DNA from: Perkinsela sp. CCAP 1560/9
Taxonomy: Eukaryota; Protista; Euglenozoa: Kinetoplastea
Assembly: GCA_965644495.1 (NCBI GenBank)
Contig: CBFFSA010000003.1
Location: forward strand, 310,001-374,000
Reading direction: 5' to 3'
DNA length: 64,000 nucleotides
Each line of letters begins with the position of its first letter. The first letter of the stretch is position 1. Under the pieces are notes generated by a model. The model saw only the letters and a list, made by a program, of their open reading frames with translations. It ran no database searches and was not told where the DNA came from. A program made the translations under genes and the position numbers. This document shows, one piece after another, positions 1 through 9,760 of this stretch.

Positions 1-910
1 CTGCGAGTTGTGTTGCGACCTCCTCCCCCTTACATTCCGGAGAGAGCGTCACACGCCCGAGGTAAAACTGAAATAACTCCTTTCGCGCTCCCTTATCTGG
101 CATTTCAATATCCACTTTACGATCGAATCGGCCCTCTCGTAGTAACGCCGGGTCAATGCTGTCTTTCAAATTTGTCGCGGCGAAGACCACAATGCGATCC
201 GTGTTGCCGTGGGCCAATCCGTCGAGCTCCGAGAGCAGCTGGTTCACCGTTCGATTCTCCTCACTGGAGACCCCCCCGGGTCCTCCTCCTCGGTTCGCGT
301 GCCGGCTCCCGATGGCATCGATTTCATCTATAAAAACAACCGACGGCATGGACTTCCGAGCCTCTTCGAAAAGTTCGCGGACTCTTTTCGGTCCACTGCC
401 GCCATAGATTTCCACAAAATCGCTGCCATTACAGGAGAAAAACGGAACCTTGGCTTCTCCCGCCACCGCCTTGGCCAATAAAGTCTTTCCGGTGCCCGGC
501 TCCCCGGTGAGTAGACACCCCCGAGGCATGCGCGCCCCCAGCCTTGTGAATTTCCCGCTGTCTTTTAAAAACTCAAGGTACTGCTGTATTTCCCGTTTCG
601 CTTCCGGGATGCCAATGACACTATCAAAGGAGGTCCCTTTGAGGTCGACTCTAAAGTTGCGTGGCGCCACCGGGGAGAACAGATCCATCATGCCGCCGCT
701 CCCCCCACCCCCGGGGCGGGAGACTTTGCTCATCCGACGAAATAAGGCAAACGACAGCGCCGCGGGGATCCCGACCCAGAGGAGCGGGCCAAAGGTGTTT
801 CGCAGGAAATTAGGCTGCGAACGTTCGTAGTGCTGCTGGGCGTCACGGCGTCCACGCTCGTAGGGGTCCTCGTAGGAGGGGGGGAGGGGGGAAGGGGGGG
901 AGGAGAACAT
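1..910 (-). CDS. FtsH-family (m-AAA/paraplegin-like) ATP-dependent metalloprotease, N-terminal part; runs off the left edge of the window
   Basis: Manual translation from ATG at 910 (not in ORF track): TM-like segment [15 protein letters not shown], then [14 protein letters not shown], Walker [19 protein letters not shown], Walker [20 protein letters not shown], and [19 protein letters not shown]. Confidence 0.9.
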   Translation of the reverse strand, partial: MFSSPPSPLPPSYEDPYERGRRDAQQHYERSQPNFLRNTFGPLLWVGIPAALSFALFRRMSKVSRPGGGGSGGMMDLFSPVAPRNFRVDLKGTSFDSVIGIPEAKREIQQYLEFLKDSGKFTRLGARMPRGCLLTGEPGTGKTLLAKAVAGEAKVPFFSCNGSDFVEIYGGSGPKRVRELFEEARKSMPSVVFIDEIDAIGSRHANRGGGPGGVSSEENRTVNQLLSELDGLAHGNTDRIVVFAATNLKDSIDPALLREGRFDRKVDIEMPDKGARKELFQFYLGRVTLSPECKGEEVATQLA

Positions 911-1168
911 GGAGAGAGGGAGGGAGTGGGGGAAAGAGAGTTAGATCTTGTGAACAAGAAATAAAGAATAAGTAAGGTTCAAGTCAAAAAATTGATCCCA
1001 ATACGTGCATATGGAAAAAAGAAAAGAAAGTTTGAGAAAATAATATTTATCTAGACATTTTCAATGCTCTTACCTCCGCTTTCTGTTTCAATATGGAGAA
1101 ATGTTACCCACATCGACTCCACCTCCCACAATATCATCTTCACTTTCCCCCATCTCTCCCTGCCGTGC

Positions 1169-1594
1169 TTAACGGTAGGACTTCGTAAACTTCGAACGTG
1201 CTCCGTGGCAGCCATACTTCTTCGGCTCCCGACGGCGTGGGTCAGCGACCAGCAGGCTGCGGTCAAAGTGCAGCAGCGCCTCCTTCACCTCCTGTTTCTC
1301 CAGCTCGCTGTGGTGTTTCTGGTAATACGCCACCAGGGCCTTGGAGATGGCCTGTCGCGTGGCATAGACCTGACTCACCTGACCCCCTCCACGGACGCGG
1401 ATGCGAATGTCAATGTCCCGGGCGCGGGCGGCCCCGATGATGTGAAGCGGCTCGAAGAGCTTTTGGCGCAGCGGGGCGGGTTGCACGAGGTGAAGCGGCT
1501 GGCCGTTGACACGAATCTGGCCGTGTCCGCGAAACGCGGTCGCACACGCCACGCTGGTCTTCTTTTTCCCAAAGGTTTGGACTTTATCGCTCAT
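1169..1594 (-). CDS. RPS16: 40S ribosomal protein S16 (uS9)
   Basis: VQTFGKKKTSVA...DIRIRVRGGGQVSQVYATRQAISKALVAYYQK...DRSLLVADPRRREPKK...ARSKFTKSYR. Confidence 0.97.
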   Translation of the reverse strand: MSDKVQTFGKKKTSVACATAFRGHGQIRVNGQPLHLVQPAPLRQKLFEPLHIIGAARARDIDIRIRVRGGGQVSQVYATRQAISKALVAYYQKHHSELEKQEVKEALLHFDRSLLVADPRRREPKKYGCHGARSKFTKSYR

Positions 1595-1814
1595 TTATGG
1601 GAGGAAACGTGGAATAAATGAGAAAATAGAAAAAAGACTAAGGACAAAGGATTATACGTTGTGCAGTTCGCTTTAAGCACTTTATCGTACTTTATTGTAC
1701 TTTATTGTTTTTCTAGACAAACCCTATGTGCCGCTTTTATATCCAGACCCTCACCTAATATTCAAACCTACCCATTCTACCATGGCAGAGTACATTCCCC
1801 CCCTCCCTGCCCCC

Positions 1815-2666
1815 CTACACCGCTACCGTATCACTCGGATACCTCCCCGGGATAGATTCCTCTACCCCTTTTTCCTTTTCCTTCCCCCCCTCCCCCTTTT
1901 CCCTCTCCTCCACCCCTTTATCCCCACGCTGCCGATGCACCCGGAAGCCATAAATCCGAGGCACGTAGGCAGCACTCGGCCTGTTCTTATCCATTTCAAG
2001 AATTTCTTGATTCTTTTCTGTATTCCTTTCTTGATTCCTTTCTCTATTCCCCCTCCCCCCCTCGGAGAGCAGCAGCAGGTGGGCCGCCGTGCTCCCCCAG
2101 AAGGCGCCATCGAGCCCGCGGTGGGCGCGGTGGCTGGGGGCGTACAACTGCTCGCAGCCCGGGCAGAACACGCTCACCGCGCTCTGCCCGGGCTTGTCGT
2201 GGAGACCCACCGGGAGTACCCCGCGGGAGCGGCACCCCACCCGGGGACACACCCCGAAGTCCTTGTTTTGGAATTTGTCGAACAGCAGCCGCTGGCCCCG
2301 GGGGGTCAGCAGGAAGCGGGCGTGGATCAGACCGTAGAGGTTCTCCGCGTGGGCTTCCAGGGTACGGAGGGTGGACTCGGAGAGGGGGTCGAGCTCCGGG
2401 GGGGTTAAGTTTTCTAACTCCAGGTCGAGGATAATGTGGAGCGCGTGACGGTAGTGGGGGGTGGTGGCGGGGAGACCGGTAAGGTTGAACTCGTCCTCGA
2501 TGTAGTCCTCGTCGACGGCGCAGAGAAACTCGTTACCGCGCTGGGAGGTGTACCAGTGGATCCAGGACTCGTCGACGCTGGAGTCCTCGTCCATGCTGGA
2601 GCAAGGGCTGGAGGAGGAGGAGAGGGTGTCGGTGTCGTGAGGGGGGAGAGGGGTCGTGGGGGTCAT
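1815..2666 (-). CDS. Casein kinase II regulatory (beta) subunit
   Basis: SWIHWY...GNEFLCAVDEDYIEDEFNLTGL, LYGLIHARFLLT, FGVCPRVGC, CPGCEQLY, DGAFWG, YVPRIYGF; start placed at ATG 2666 after a pyrimidine tract (ORF track extends to 2735). Confidence 0.93.
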   Translation of the reverse strand: MTPTTPLPPHDTDTLSSSSSPCSSMDEDSSVDESWIHWYTSQRGNEFLCAVDEDYIEDEFNLTGLPATTPHYRHALHIILDLELENLTPPELDPLSESTLRTLEAHAENLYGLIHARFLLTPRGQRLLFDKFQNKDFGVCPRVGCRSRGVLPVGLHDKPGQSAVSVFCPGCEQLYAPSHRAHRGLDGAFWGSTAAHLLLLSEGGRGNRERNQERNTEKNQEILEMDKNRPSAAYVPRIYGFRVHRQRGDKGVEEREKGEGGKEKEKGVEESIPGRYPSDTVAV

Positions 2667-2907
2667 GGGAATAGAAGGGAAGGAAAGGGGTGCTTTAGTG
2701 GGTAAGGGGGATACGAAGGAAAAATAGTAAAACATGAACCACGATAAGGAAAACCCTTTTCTTATTCACGTGGATAGATCCTCGTCTAGTTTCATATTTT
2801 ATGTTTCGAACACCGATGCAACAAGACAGAAATACCCCTGTGTAGATTTTCACCGTCTTTTTTCCACCCCAACCCATAGCACTTCTCTACCCTATCGATT
2901 CACCCCC

Positions 2908-3561
2908 TCACACCCCCCTTTGCGTGCCAAAACTCCTTTTCAACACCCCCAACTGCACCACCGTCATCACCCCCAACCCCACCACCTCCGCGACCCCCCA
3001 CACCAACACCCTCGTGTTGGTACTCTCCACCGTATCCCGATGGTGTCTCTCCCGGGTCGCCACATACGCCTGCTCCCCACGCATCTCCTGCAGCCCATTG
3101 GTTATCCGAATCAGCCCCGCCTCCATCACCTGACTCCCTGTTACTCTGTGCCTCCCCTGAGTCAGCCCCCCCTCAGCCTCCACATCCCCCTCCCCCCCGA
3201 CTTGGCTTAGAAACGAGATGGTTTTCATCCCCGGGCTCACCCCTTTGTTGTTTTTAAAGCAAGTGGTGTAGATCCCAGGCGCCGGGGCCCTCAGCAGCAC
3301 CCGCTCCTCGGGGCTGCGCGGGAGACTCACCATCTCACTCCCGTCGGGGGCGGTGAGGGCGAAGGCGATGTCGAGACCCCCGCCCTCGGTGACGGTGAAG
3401 TGCTGGTAGAGCTTGTCGTTCGCGCGGGGGACCTCGACGTAGAGACACTCCTCGGCGCGCGGGGGGACGCGGAAGGTGAGGACCCCGGGGCGCAGGGCGG
3501 TGAGGGGGGGGAGGGAGGAGAGGGCGAGGAGGAGGAGGAGGGGGAGGAAGGGGGGGCGCAT
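2908..3561 (-). CDS. p24/emp24/GOLD-domain COP-vesicle cargo receptor
   Basis: Signal peptide, EECLY...GGLDI...PDG...GIYTTCF, coiled coil ending RERHHRDTVESTNTRV, C-terminal TM and short tail. Confidence 0.9.
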   Translation of the reverse strand: MRPPFLPLLLLLALSSLPPLTALRPGVLTFRVPPRAEECLYVEVPRANDKLYQHFTVTEGGGLDIAFALTAPDGSEMVSLPRSPEERVLLRAPAPGIYTTCFKNNKGVSPGMKTISFLSQVGGEGDVEAEGGLTQGRHRVTGSQVMEAGLIRITNGLQEMRGEQAYVATRERHHRDTVESTNTRVLVWGVAEVVGLGVMTVVQLGVLKRSFGTQRGV

Positions 3562-4081
3562 GGGGGGATGGAGGAGAAGGTAAAAAAAGGGAGAGGGAGA
3601 AAATCGATGGGTTTAGCTGTGAAATGGGGTGGAAATGGGGCTTAGGAAGTAAATTAAATTTTTATTTGTCCTTGTTTTGGGTTTTAAGTGTTTAGGTTTT
3701 TGGGACGGTGAAATGAGATTTACCGTTACAGGTGCAGAAGAGTTTGGATTTCGTTTGATCGTTTAGAAGATTATATTTTGTGTTTAGTGTTCCATCAAAA
3801 ACAAATAGGATAATGTGGGCAATATGTATCACACAGCCATAAATCACTAAATTACGATTTAGAAATAGGTAAAAACAGAATACGAATAGCAAATAAACAA
3901 AGCACAGATTGTATCTCCTGTCTAAAGCTGTCTAACGCCGGAAAATAAATCAAAAAAGTATGCTTCCTATAATCGATACATGTGTCAAAATTCTTTTTTA
4001 AACCAGCCTTATCCTTAAACCCGACTTATTTTCTCTATTCTAAGATCACCCTTCCCGTCCGACCGACCTTATTCCTCACCC

Positions 4082-5707
4082 TTACGCCTGTTTCCGACGA
4101 CGGTGCCATGCATTGGGGCCGTACCGCGCAATCACCGCCGGGTCAGCGAAAATCGACTTACGGCACTCCGGCGCCCCACAGTTACACTCAAACGGCTTCA
4201 TGGTCTCATCGCAGAACGCGGCGTAGTCCATCGTGAGCTCCTCCCCCTTCTTAATATCCCGTGAGGCGATCATATTCAGCGAGTGCGGGGCGGCAAAGAT
4301 GGTACTCGGGGAGCAGCTGTGGTTGATGGGGCGCCACTTGGTGTGGTCCTCATCCCACACGGCGTAGATGTGGCCGTCATCGGAGAGCGGCCACGCGTAG
4401 CGCTCAAAGTCCGCCTTGCTGTCCTCGTCCCAGTGCTTCATCACGTACGGGCGGGTGACCATCGGCATCGGCTTGCCCTCGTCCTCGAACACCAGATCGC
4501 CCGCACGCAGGTCCCGCGCGGCCCGCAGGTGGTACCCCTTACGGGGGTCGAAGCTCACCACGTACCGCTTCGCGCGCTTCTCCTGCTCCAGAAACGCGGA
4601 CTCGATCAGCGCCTTGGTCACCTCCTGGTGTCCAAACTCCGCGGCGTTGTACTTCAAAATCATATCCGCCGAGCCCTCGTCCCCGGGGGCGTAGAAAATC
4701 CCCGGGTTCGGGTTGATCTCCAGAAAATACACCTCATTGGTGCGTCGATCCACCCGCAAATCACACCGCCCCAGCCCCACCCCTTGCAGCATACTCTCAA
4801 ACGCCACCTTCCCCACCCGCACCATCTCCCCATACGCCGGATCCTCCACCGGCACCGGAACCCACTCCATCTCCCCAAACGTCTTCCACTTCAAATCAAA
4901 ATGCTTAAAATCCTCCCCCTCCGGAAACCTCATCTGCACCGGCGGCAGCACCCTCGTCCCCCCCGGGGTCTGCACCGCCAGCACCGTCACCTCATCCCCC
5001 GTCACGAACTCCTCCACCAGGGCGCCCTGGAAACTCCCCACCGTCTTCCCCACCTGCTCCCAGCACGCGCGGTCGTCCCCGCACTTACTCCCCCTCGTCA
5101 TCCCGACCGAGTTAAACCCGTGGGGGTGTTTCACGATCAGCGGGTAGGCCAGCCCGTGGGCGCGTACCACCGCCCCCATCGCCCCCACACTCGCGGGGAC
5201 CTCCTTCAGTACCACCCAGGGGGGGCACCGGATGTTGGCGTAGTGGGCGAACATCTTCATCTCCGCCTTGCTGGGGTCGAAGTGGGGGAGGGCGACGCCG
5301 GTGTAGGGGACGTTGAACTCCTCGAGGGCGCGCAGGACCTCCTCCCCGGCCCGGTCCTCGTCCTTGGCCCCGTCGCACAGGACAAAGTAGCAGGCGTAGC
5401 GCTTGGCGTGGACCAGGGAGCGCAGGACGCGGTAGCTGGTGGATTTGTAGAGAGGGATGGTGGTGAAGGTGTAGGGGGAGGGGGGGGTCGTCGTAGAGGG
5501 GCTCGTCGTTGCTGTTGCTGTTGTTGTTGTTGTTGTCGTAGGGGGGGTTGAGTTGGGAAAGTAATGTGCAGGTGTCTTATCGTAGTCATCGAGTCCGGTG
5601 AGGGCGGCAATGGTGTCGCCGGAGGGATCGGGGGGTTGGGGGGTTGTGGTGGAGGTGGGGTGGATTGAGGGTTGGGTATAGGCACTTACGAGAACGGCAA
5701 TGTTCAT
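4082..5707 (-). CDS. ATP-grasp (D-Ala-D-Ala ligase-like) plus SET/post-SET domain fusion protein
   Basis: ATP-grasp motifs YPLIVKHPHGFNSVGM, ALVEEFVTGDEVTV, GRCDLR, FLEINPNPG; SET motifs GYHLRAARDLRAGD, INHSCSP, RDIKKGEELTMDY; post-SET CNCGAPECR. Confidence 0.88.
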   Translation of the reverse strand: MNIAVLVSAYTQPSIHPTSTTTPQPPDPSGDTIAALTGLDDYDKTPAHYFPNSTPPTTTTTTTATATTSPSTTTPPSPYTFTTIPLYKSTSYRVLRSLVHAKRYACYFVLCDGAKDEDRAGEEVLRALEEFNVPYTGVALPHFDPSKAEMKMFAHYANIRCPPWVVLKEVPASVGAMGAVVRAHGLAYPLIVKHPHGFNSVGMTRGSKCGDDRACWEQVGKTVGSFQGALVEEFVTGDEVTVLAVQTPGGTRVLPPVQMRFPEGEDFKHFDLKWKTFGEMEWVPVPVEDPAYGEMVRVGKVAFESMLQGVGLGRCDLRVDRRTNEVYFLEINPNPGIFYAPGDEGSADMILKYNAAEFGHQEVTKALIESAFLEQEKRAKRYVVSFDPRKGYHLRAARDLRAGDLVFEDEGKPMPMVTRPYVMKHWDEDSKADFERYAWPLSDDGHIYAVWDEDHTKWRPINHSCSPSTIFAAPHSLNMIASRDIKKGEELTMDYAAFCDETMKPFECNCGAPECRKSIFADPAVIARYGPNAWHRRRKQA

Positions 5708-6038
5708 GGGTGGATGTGGGGGAGGAGGGAAGGGGCGTGTGGGGGTATTGGGGGGTAGGAGGAAGAAAGCGGTTGAGAGAGAGTGTGGGTGGGTGAGAAA
5801 GGTGTGAGGATAAATGGAGTACAGGGGTTGTGATTGAAAAGGAGGTTATGTGGGATGATGTGCTATTTTGGAAATTAAAGATTCGCTTTGTTTTTGACGT
5901 GGAAAAAATAGATATCGTGTGTTTTTGCTTTGCTTTTTATATATTCCGGATTAGATTCTCATTTCTTCTCGCTTTATACTTCGTCGCTTTCTAGTTTCAC
6001 GATACGTCATCTTCGTGAAAGCCCTTCAAAGCTACTTC

Positions 6039-6791
6039 TCACTCTGCCACATCGACGGCCATTCCAATTTCCTCGCGCGAGGCGGGAAGGTCATTGCCGT
6101 GGGCGTCCATCAACTTTTGCAGATTGGCGGCAGGAGTTTTCAACGTTTTCACTTTCCGTATCATGACATTTTGCAGCGGATACACTTGCGAGCCACTCTT
6201 CTCGATCTCGGAAACAATGGTCTTCGTGTGAAGCTTGCGTACGACGTTGTTCAAATCGGTTTTCGTTACGTGTTCACGCAAAATGTTGGAGATTCGGCGA
6301 CGGATTTGCTTCTTTTGGGAAGTGTTGGCATAGGCATTGCGACGCACTTGCTTCTCATGAGGCTTAGTGAAGGCCAACACAAAGAATCGGAGGCGATAGC
6401 CGTCGTTAGTCGTGGCATCCACAACGCACTCAATCAAACTGATCCACTTACGCACCATCGAGCGCAGCTTGTCTGAGGTGGTGTCCATGCCATAGAACTG
6501 CGTGAGACAGTTTCTTCCAACTATCTCCTCCACACGAAGGCGTATCTTCACGTGTCCGTGCTCGGGCTGATCCTGCAAATCGCTTAAAAACGTCTGGAGA
6601 ACGCGGTGACGGAGGTTGTCCGAAGCGAGACGTGTCCCAAACGTTTTTGTCACAAGAGTTTTCGCCGCTTGACGATTGCGAAACGTTACAGGTGCCAAAA
6701 TGTCGTACCACTCTTTGCGCGACATGGAATCCACCGTCTTCTTCTTGCCACCTTTGCGCCCCGTAACCTTCTTGTTTTTCCCGATTGCCAT
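6039..6791 (-). CDS. RPS3A: 40S ribosomal protein S3a (eS1)
   Basis: MAIGKNK...SRKEWYDILAP...KTLVTKT...GRNCLTQFYGMDTTSDKLRSMVRKW...YPLQNVMIRKVK. Confidence 0.97.
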   Translation of the reverse strand: MAIGKNKKVTGRKGGKKKTVDSMSRKEWYDILAPVTFRNRQAAKTLVTKTFGTRLASDNLRHRVLQTFLSDLQDQPEHGHVKIRLRVEEIVGRNCLTQFYGMDTTSDKLRSMVRKWISLIECVVDATTNDGYRLRFFVLAFTKPHEKQVRRNAYANTSQKKQIRRRISNILREHVTKTDLNNVVRKLHTKTIVSEIEKSGSQVYPLQNVMIRKVKTLKTPAANLQKLMDAHGNDLPASREEIGMAVDVAE

Positions 6792-7029
6792 AGATAGAAT
6801 GAACGACGAAGATGAAAATAAAAACTGTCAGATAGCAAATGTAAAAAAAAGATAGATCAAATAAATAGTTGTAAACAATAATGCAATTACCGTTACTCTA
6901 CCGCTAGATATATCCGGAAAAAAGTCTAAAATGGCAAAATTTGGGATATGTGCATACTAGGATATGTTACGTACGAGTAAGGTGAGACGAAAAAATGTTC
7001 GAGGTAATCGAATGTGACCCACAAAGAAA

Positions 7030-8100
7030 TATCAATCTCAAAAAGATACCGAGCTCAAAAAGATATCAGAAGTCCTGTACTCAGATCGCGGTTGGGGCCT
7101 AACAGCACTCTCTAAGCTTTGGTTCGAATGCACTGCCACCGCGATGACTCAAATGAATAAATCCAGAGACATCAATGTCCAAGCAGCGCTACGTTCCCGC
7201 ATTGAAGAGGAGCAAAACAGGCGAGCTAGAGGGCAACTACGACCAGCATGCGAAATCCTCCAACATCTAAACGACGCAAAACGCGCCAAACAAATCATGC
7301 GGGAATATTACGAAGCGAAAATTGTACAAGACCTTCAGAAACGAGCACCGGTCGCAGCCCAATGGTGGACAACACCTTCCGAAACTGAACTTGCGAAGGA
7401 GTTTTCCGCCGTACTGAACAACCTGAACAGCACGAAGCTAACACGTTTTGCGACCTCGGTTCTACTTACCACTCCTTTACCCTCAAAGTCAAACCTTCGG
7501 ACATGGGGCCTTCACTTCTCAAATGCGACATGTGTGGTATGCGGAAAAGAAGCACAGACGGTACGACACGTTATTTCAGGTTGCAAAACATCTCTTGATC
7601 AGGGGCGTTATACCCTCAGACACGACACAGTGCTAGCTGAACTGGCCAAACGCATCCAAGAATCCCCGCATACAAAATACCAGCATTTTGACCTACTAGG
7701 TCACCGAAATCCACCACACTGGCTGCACAACAATACAAATCATCAACGCCCAGACGGATTCGTTGCACTGACTGACGGTACAGAATTCATCGTTGAGCTC
7801 ACTGTCCCCTGGGAAGAAAACTGTATGCAGGCAAATGAATATAAACGCCTCAAGTACAACGCCCTATTACACGAACGACGAACAGTGCACCCGAACACGT
7901 ACCTCCTCGTATTCGAAATTGGAGCACGAGGTGGTCTGGTAGCCTCCTCAGCGGATATTAATCGGTTGTTTGGAGGGGACGAAGATTTGGGGGCTAAATG
8001 TCGGGCGTCACTCTCCCGAGCTGCTATCCGTTCCAGCTTCTTATTATGGCATAAGCGTGATTCCCCGCAATGGAGCGATGCAGAGACACTGTCCGCATAA
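7030..8100 (+). mobile_element. 5'-truncated non-LTR retrotransposon with restriction-like endonuclease (HERO/NeSL-like C-terminus)
   Basis: Post-RT LYSDRGWGL upstream of ORF 7144; CCHC CVVCGKEAQTVRHVISGC; RHD; PD-(D/E)xK motif RPDG...IVELTVPWE...KRLKY; FEIGARG; RT core absent. Confidence 0.8.
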
Positions 8101-8118
8101 GGGATGCACCTAACAGCG

Positions 8119-8409
8119 TCATATGCGCAAGTTAGTTACATCCTCAAAATACTCTATCTTAAAAGATATGATATCATCATCAAAAATTCCTAATGAGATT
8201 CCTAATGAGAAGAAGAGAGGTCCGAGGGGGTCACCTTGTCGGACTCCGAGTGTGCTGCGAATCATGTCTTCGTCTTGCAAGCGTAGGATTCCTGGTGCAG
8301 TATAGCAAAAGTGGAAGTACCCTATCAGTGCTCGGAACTTCGACTCGGCTTTTATCGCTTTCCCTATGCAATTGCGATCGATGCAGTTCAAGGGATTTGC
8401 CACGTCCAC
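8119..8409 (-). pseudogene. Fragment of CRE-clade non-LTR reverse transcriptase
   Basis: DVANPLNCIDR...CY...GVRQGDPLGPLFFSL matches RT subdomains 3-4 typical of CRE elements; truncated on both sides. Confidence 0.65.
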
Positions 8410-8834
8410 GGTTATTAGGAGTCCACGGCTATTAGTATACGTTTAGGGCCCGCAAGTGCGACCCCCCGTCTGGGGGCTCGCTCGGGGGCGTCTACGTGAG
8501 GGTTTGGTGGGGGGTTCCCGTGGGGAAGTGTTTGCGGGTCCATTCGAGGGGGTGGGGGTGGGTCTACATCGATGTTCCTGCTTTCAGTGGTCCCGTATAT
8601 GCCGCCTCCACATAGGGCTATGCTTTGGAATTCGTCGAGCCATGCATTGTGCATCGCTAAGGAAGATGTCCACTGGAGACCCGAGATTTTCGATGTTCCG
8701 CGACGGTACTCTTTGAGAAGGTGAAAGGCGGTCACGCGAACTGCTCGTGAACGGATTTGTGTTCAGATAGCTTACACGTACGTTAGTCAAGGTACACTCT
8801 CCCACAAATACATGACTTATGAAAACGGGGGCCC

Positions 8835-9133
8835 GGGATAACATACCTGTAACACGATAACATACCGGGGGGGTATCTTAACGTGAACAGGGGTGGATAA
8901 CATACCCCCCCTCTGGATTTTGGAGTTTAGGGGTCAATTTTTATAAATTGAGATTTTTTACATGTGCAGTACTGATCATTTTTTCTATTTTTTTGTCAAC
9001 ATGAGCACTCAAGAACTGAGTGGCAAAAAAGTTAACAGCTTAACATGTAACAACACTGTAACAGCTTAACATACCTGTAACATGTACCTGTAACAAGATA
9101 ACATACCGGGGGGTATGTTATCCTGTAACACCG
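8835..9133. mobile_element. Probable MITE with GATAACATACC subterminal repeats
   Basis: Repeated (GA)TAACATACC units at both ends; left GGATAACATACC is the inverse of right GGTATGTTATCC; no ORF. Confidence 0.5.
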
Positions 9134-9137
9134 TTTA

Positions 9138-9186
9138 TGTGTGTGACTTATGTGTGTGTGTGTGTGTGTGACTTATGTGTGTGTGC
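9138..9186. repeat. Interrupted (TG)n microsatellite
   Basis: TG runs separated by ACTTA. Confidence 0.85.
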
Positions 9187-9420
9187 TCTGTCCTCGACGA
9201 GTTTTCGCTCTGTACTCCTGCCGGGAGTCGTGGCAGAGTAGGGTTAGTCGCTCGGAGATGTCATCTCGCACCCTCATAAAGTCGGCCTCGAGGTCCCTGG
9301 CTGCGTTCGCCAGCCTGTACGCTTCTACCTCCTGCGTAAGGCACACCGTCCTTGCGTCACCGATTGAAGAGGGCGCCAACAATCTCTGCGTTCTTCCTGG
9401 CAATGATTGCTAGCTATGAC

Positions 9421-9446
9421 AAAGATACAGTTTCTGTACCTTGTTG
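9421..9446 (+). other. Spliced-leader-exon-like motif AAAGATACAGTTTCTGTACCTTGTTG
   Basis: Resembles the conserved kinetoplastid SL 3' half CAGTTTCTGTACT(A/T)TATTG; not followed by an SL intron; TTTCTGTACCTTGTTG recurs at 31681-31696. Confidence 0.55.
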
Positions 9447-9760
9447 TTTCCTATCTCATCTTTTCTCTCCCGGAAACGGGCATACTTTTACTGTTTTAAT
9501 GCCCGTTTCCGGATGGCGCTAGGAGAGGAACTGTCCCTCTTGTCGTAAAGTAGGGGTGCGCCTCCCTTTCTTCATTTCCGACCGCCCCGCTCGGAACACG
9601 GTTCCGAGTCCCCATGCGCTGCAGGACCCTTCTACGGGGCCACGCGGCGTTCCTTCCCCATCTGGGGAATCTGGTTGTCGAGATTTGAGACAAGCAGGGC
9701 ACCCACATAGTGGCAGTTAATAATTGAGGGGGTGCGGGTGGGGATTCGGTGCGGTCTTTG
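9422..9760. mobile_element. Short structured non-coding insertion (family B, copy 1)
   Basis: First ~150 nt similar to 31681-31850 with a covarying hairpin; interrupts a minus-strand ORF remnant (KHFDVI|AS); possible ATGACA duplication at 9416 and 9761. Confidence 0.5.

Noticed and set aside
1687-1708. SL-like GTACTTTATTG x2
   Set aside because: Short AT-rich match, antisense to the gene cluster, lacking the upstream CAGTTTCT core
4283-5551. 422-aa plus-strand ORF and similar antisense ORFs over 1-6.8 kb
   Set aside because: Shadows of GC-rich minus-strand genes with no recognisable motifs
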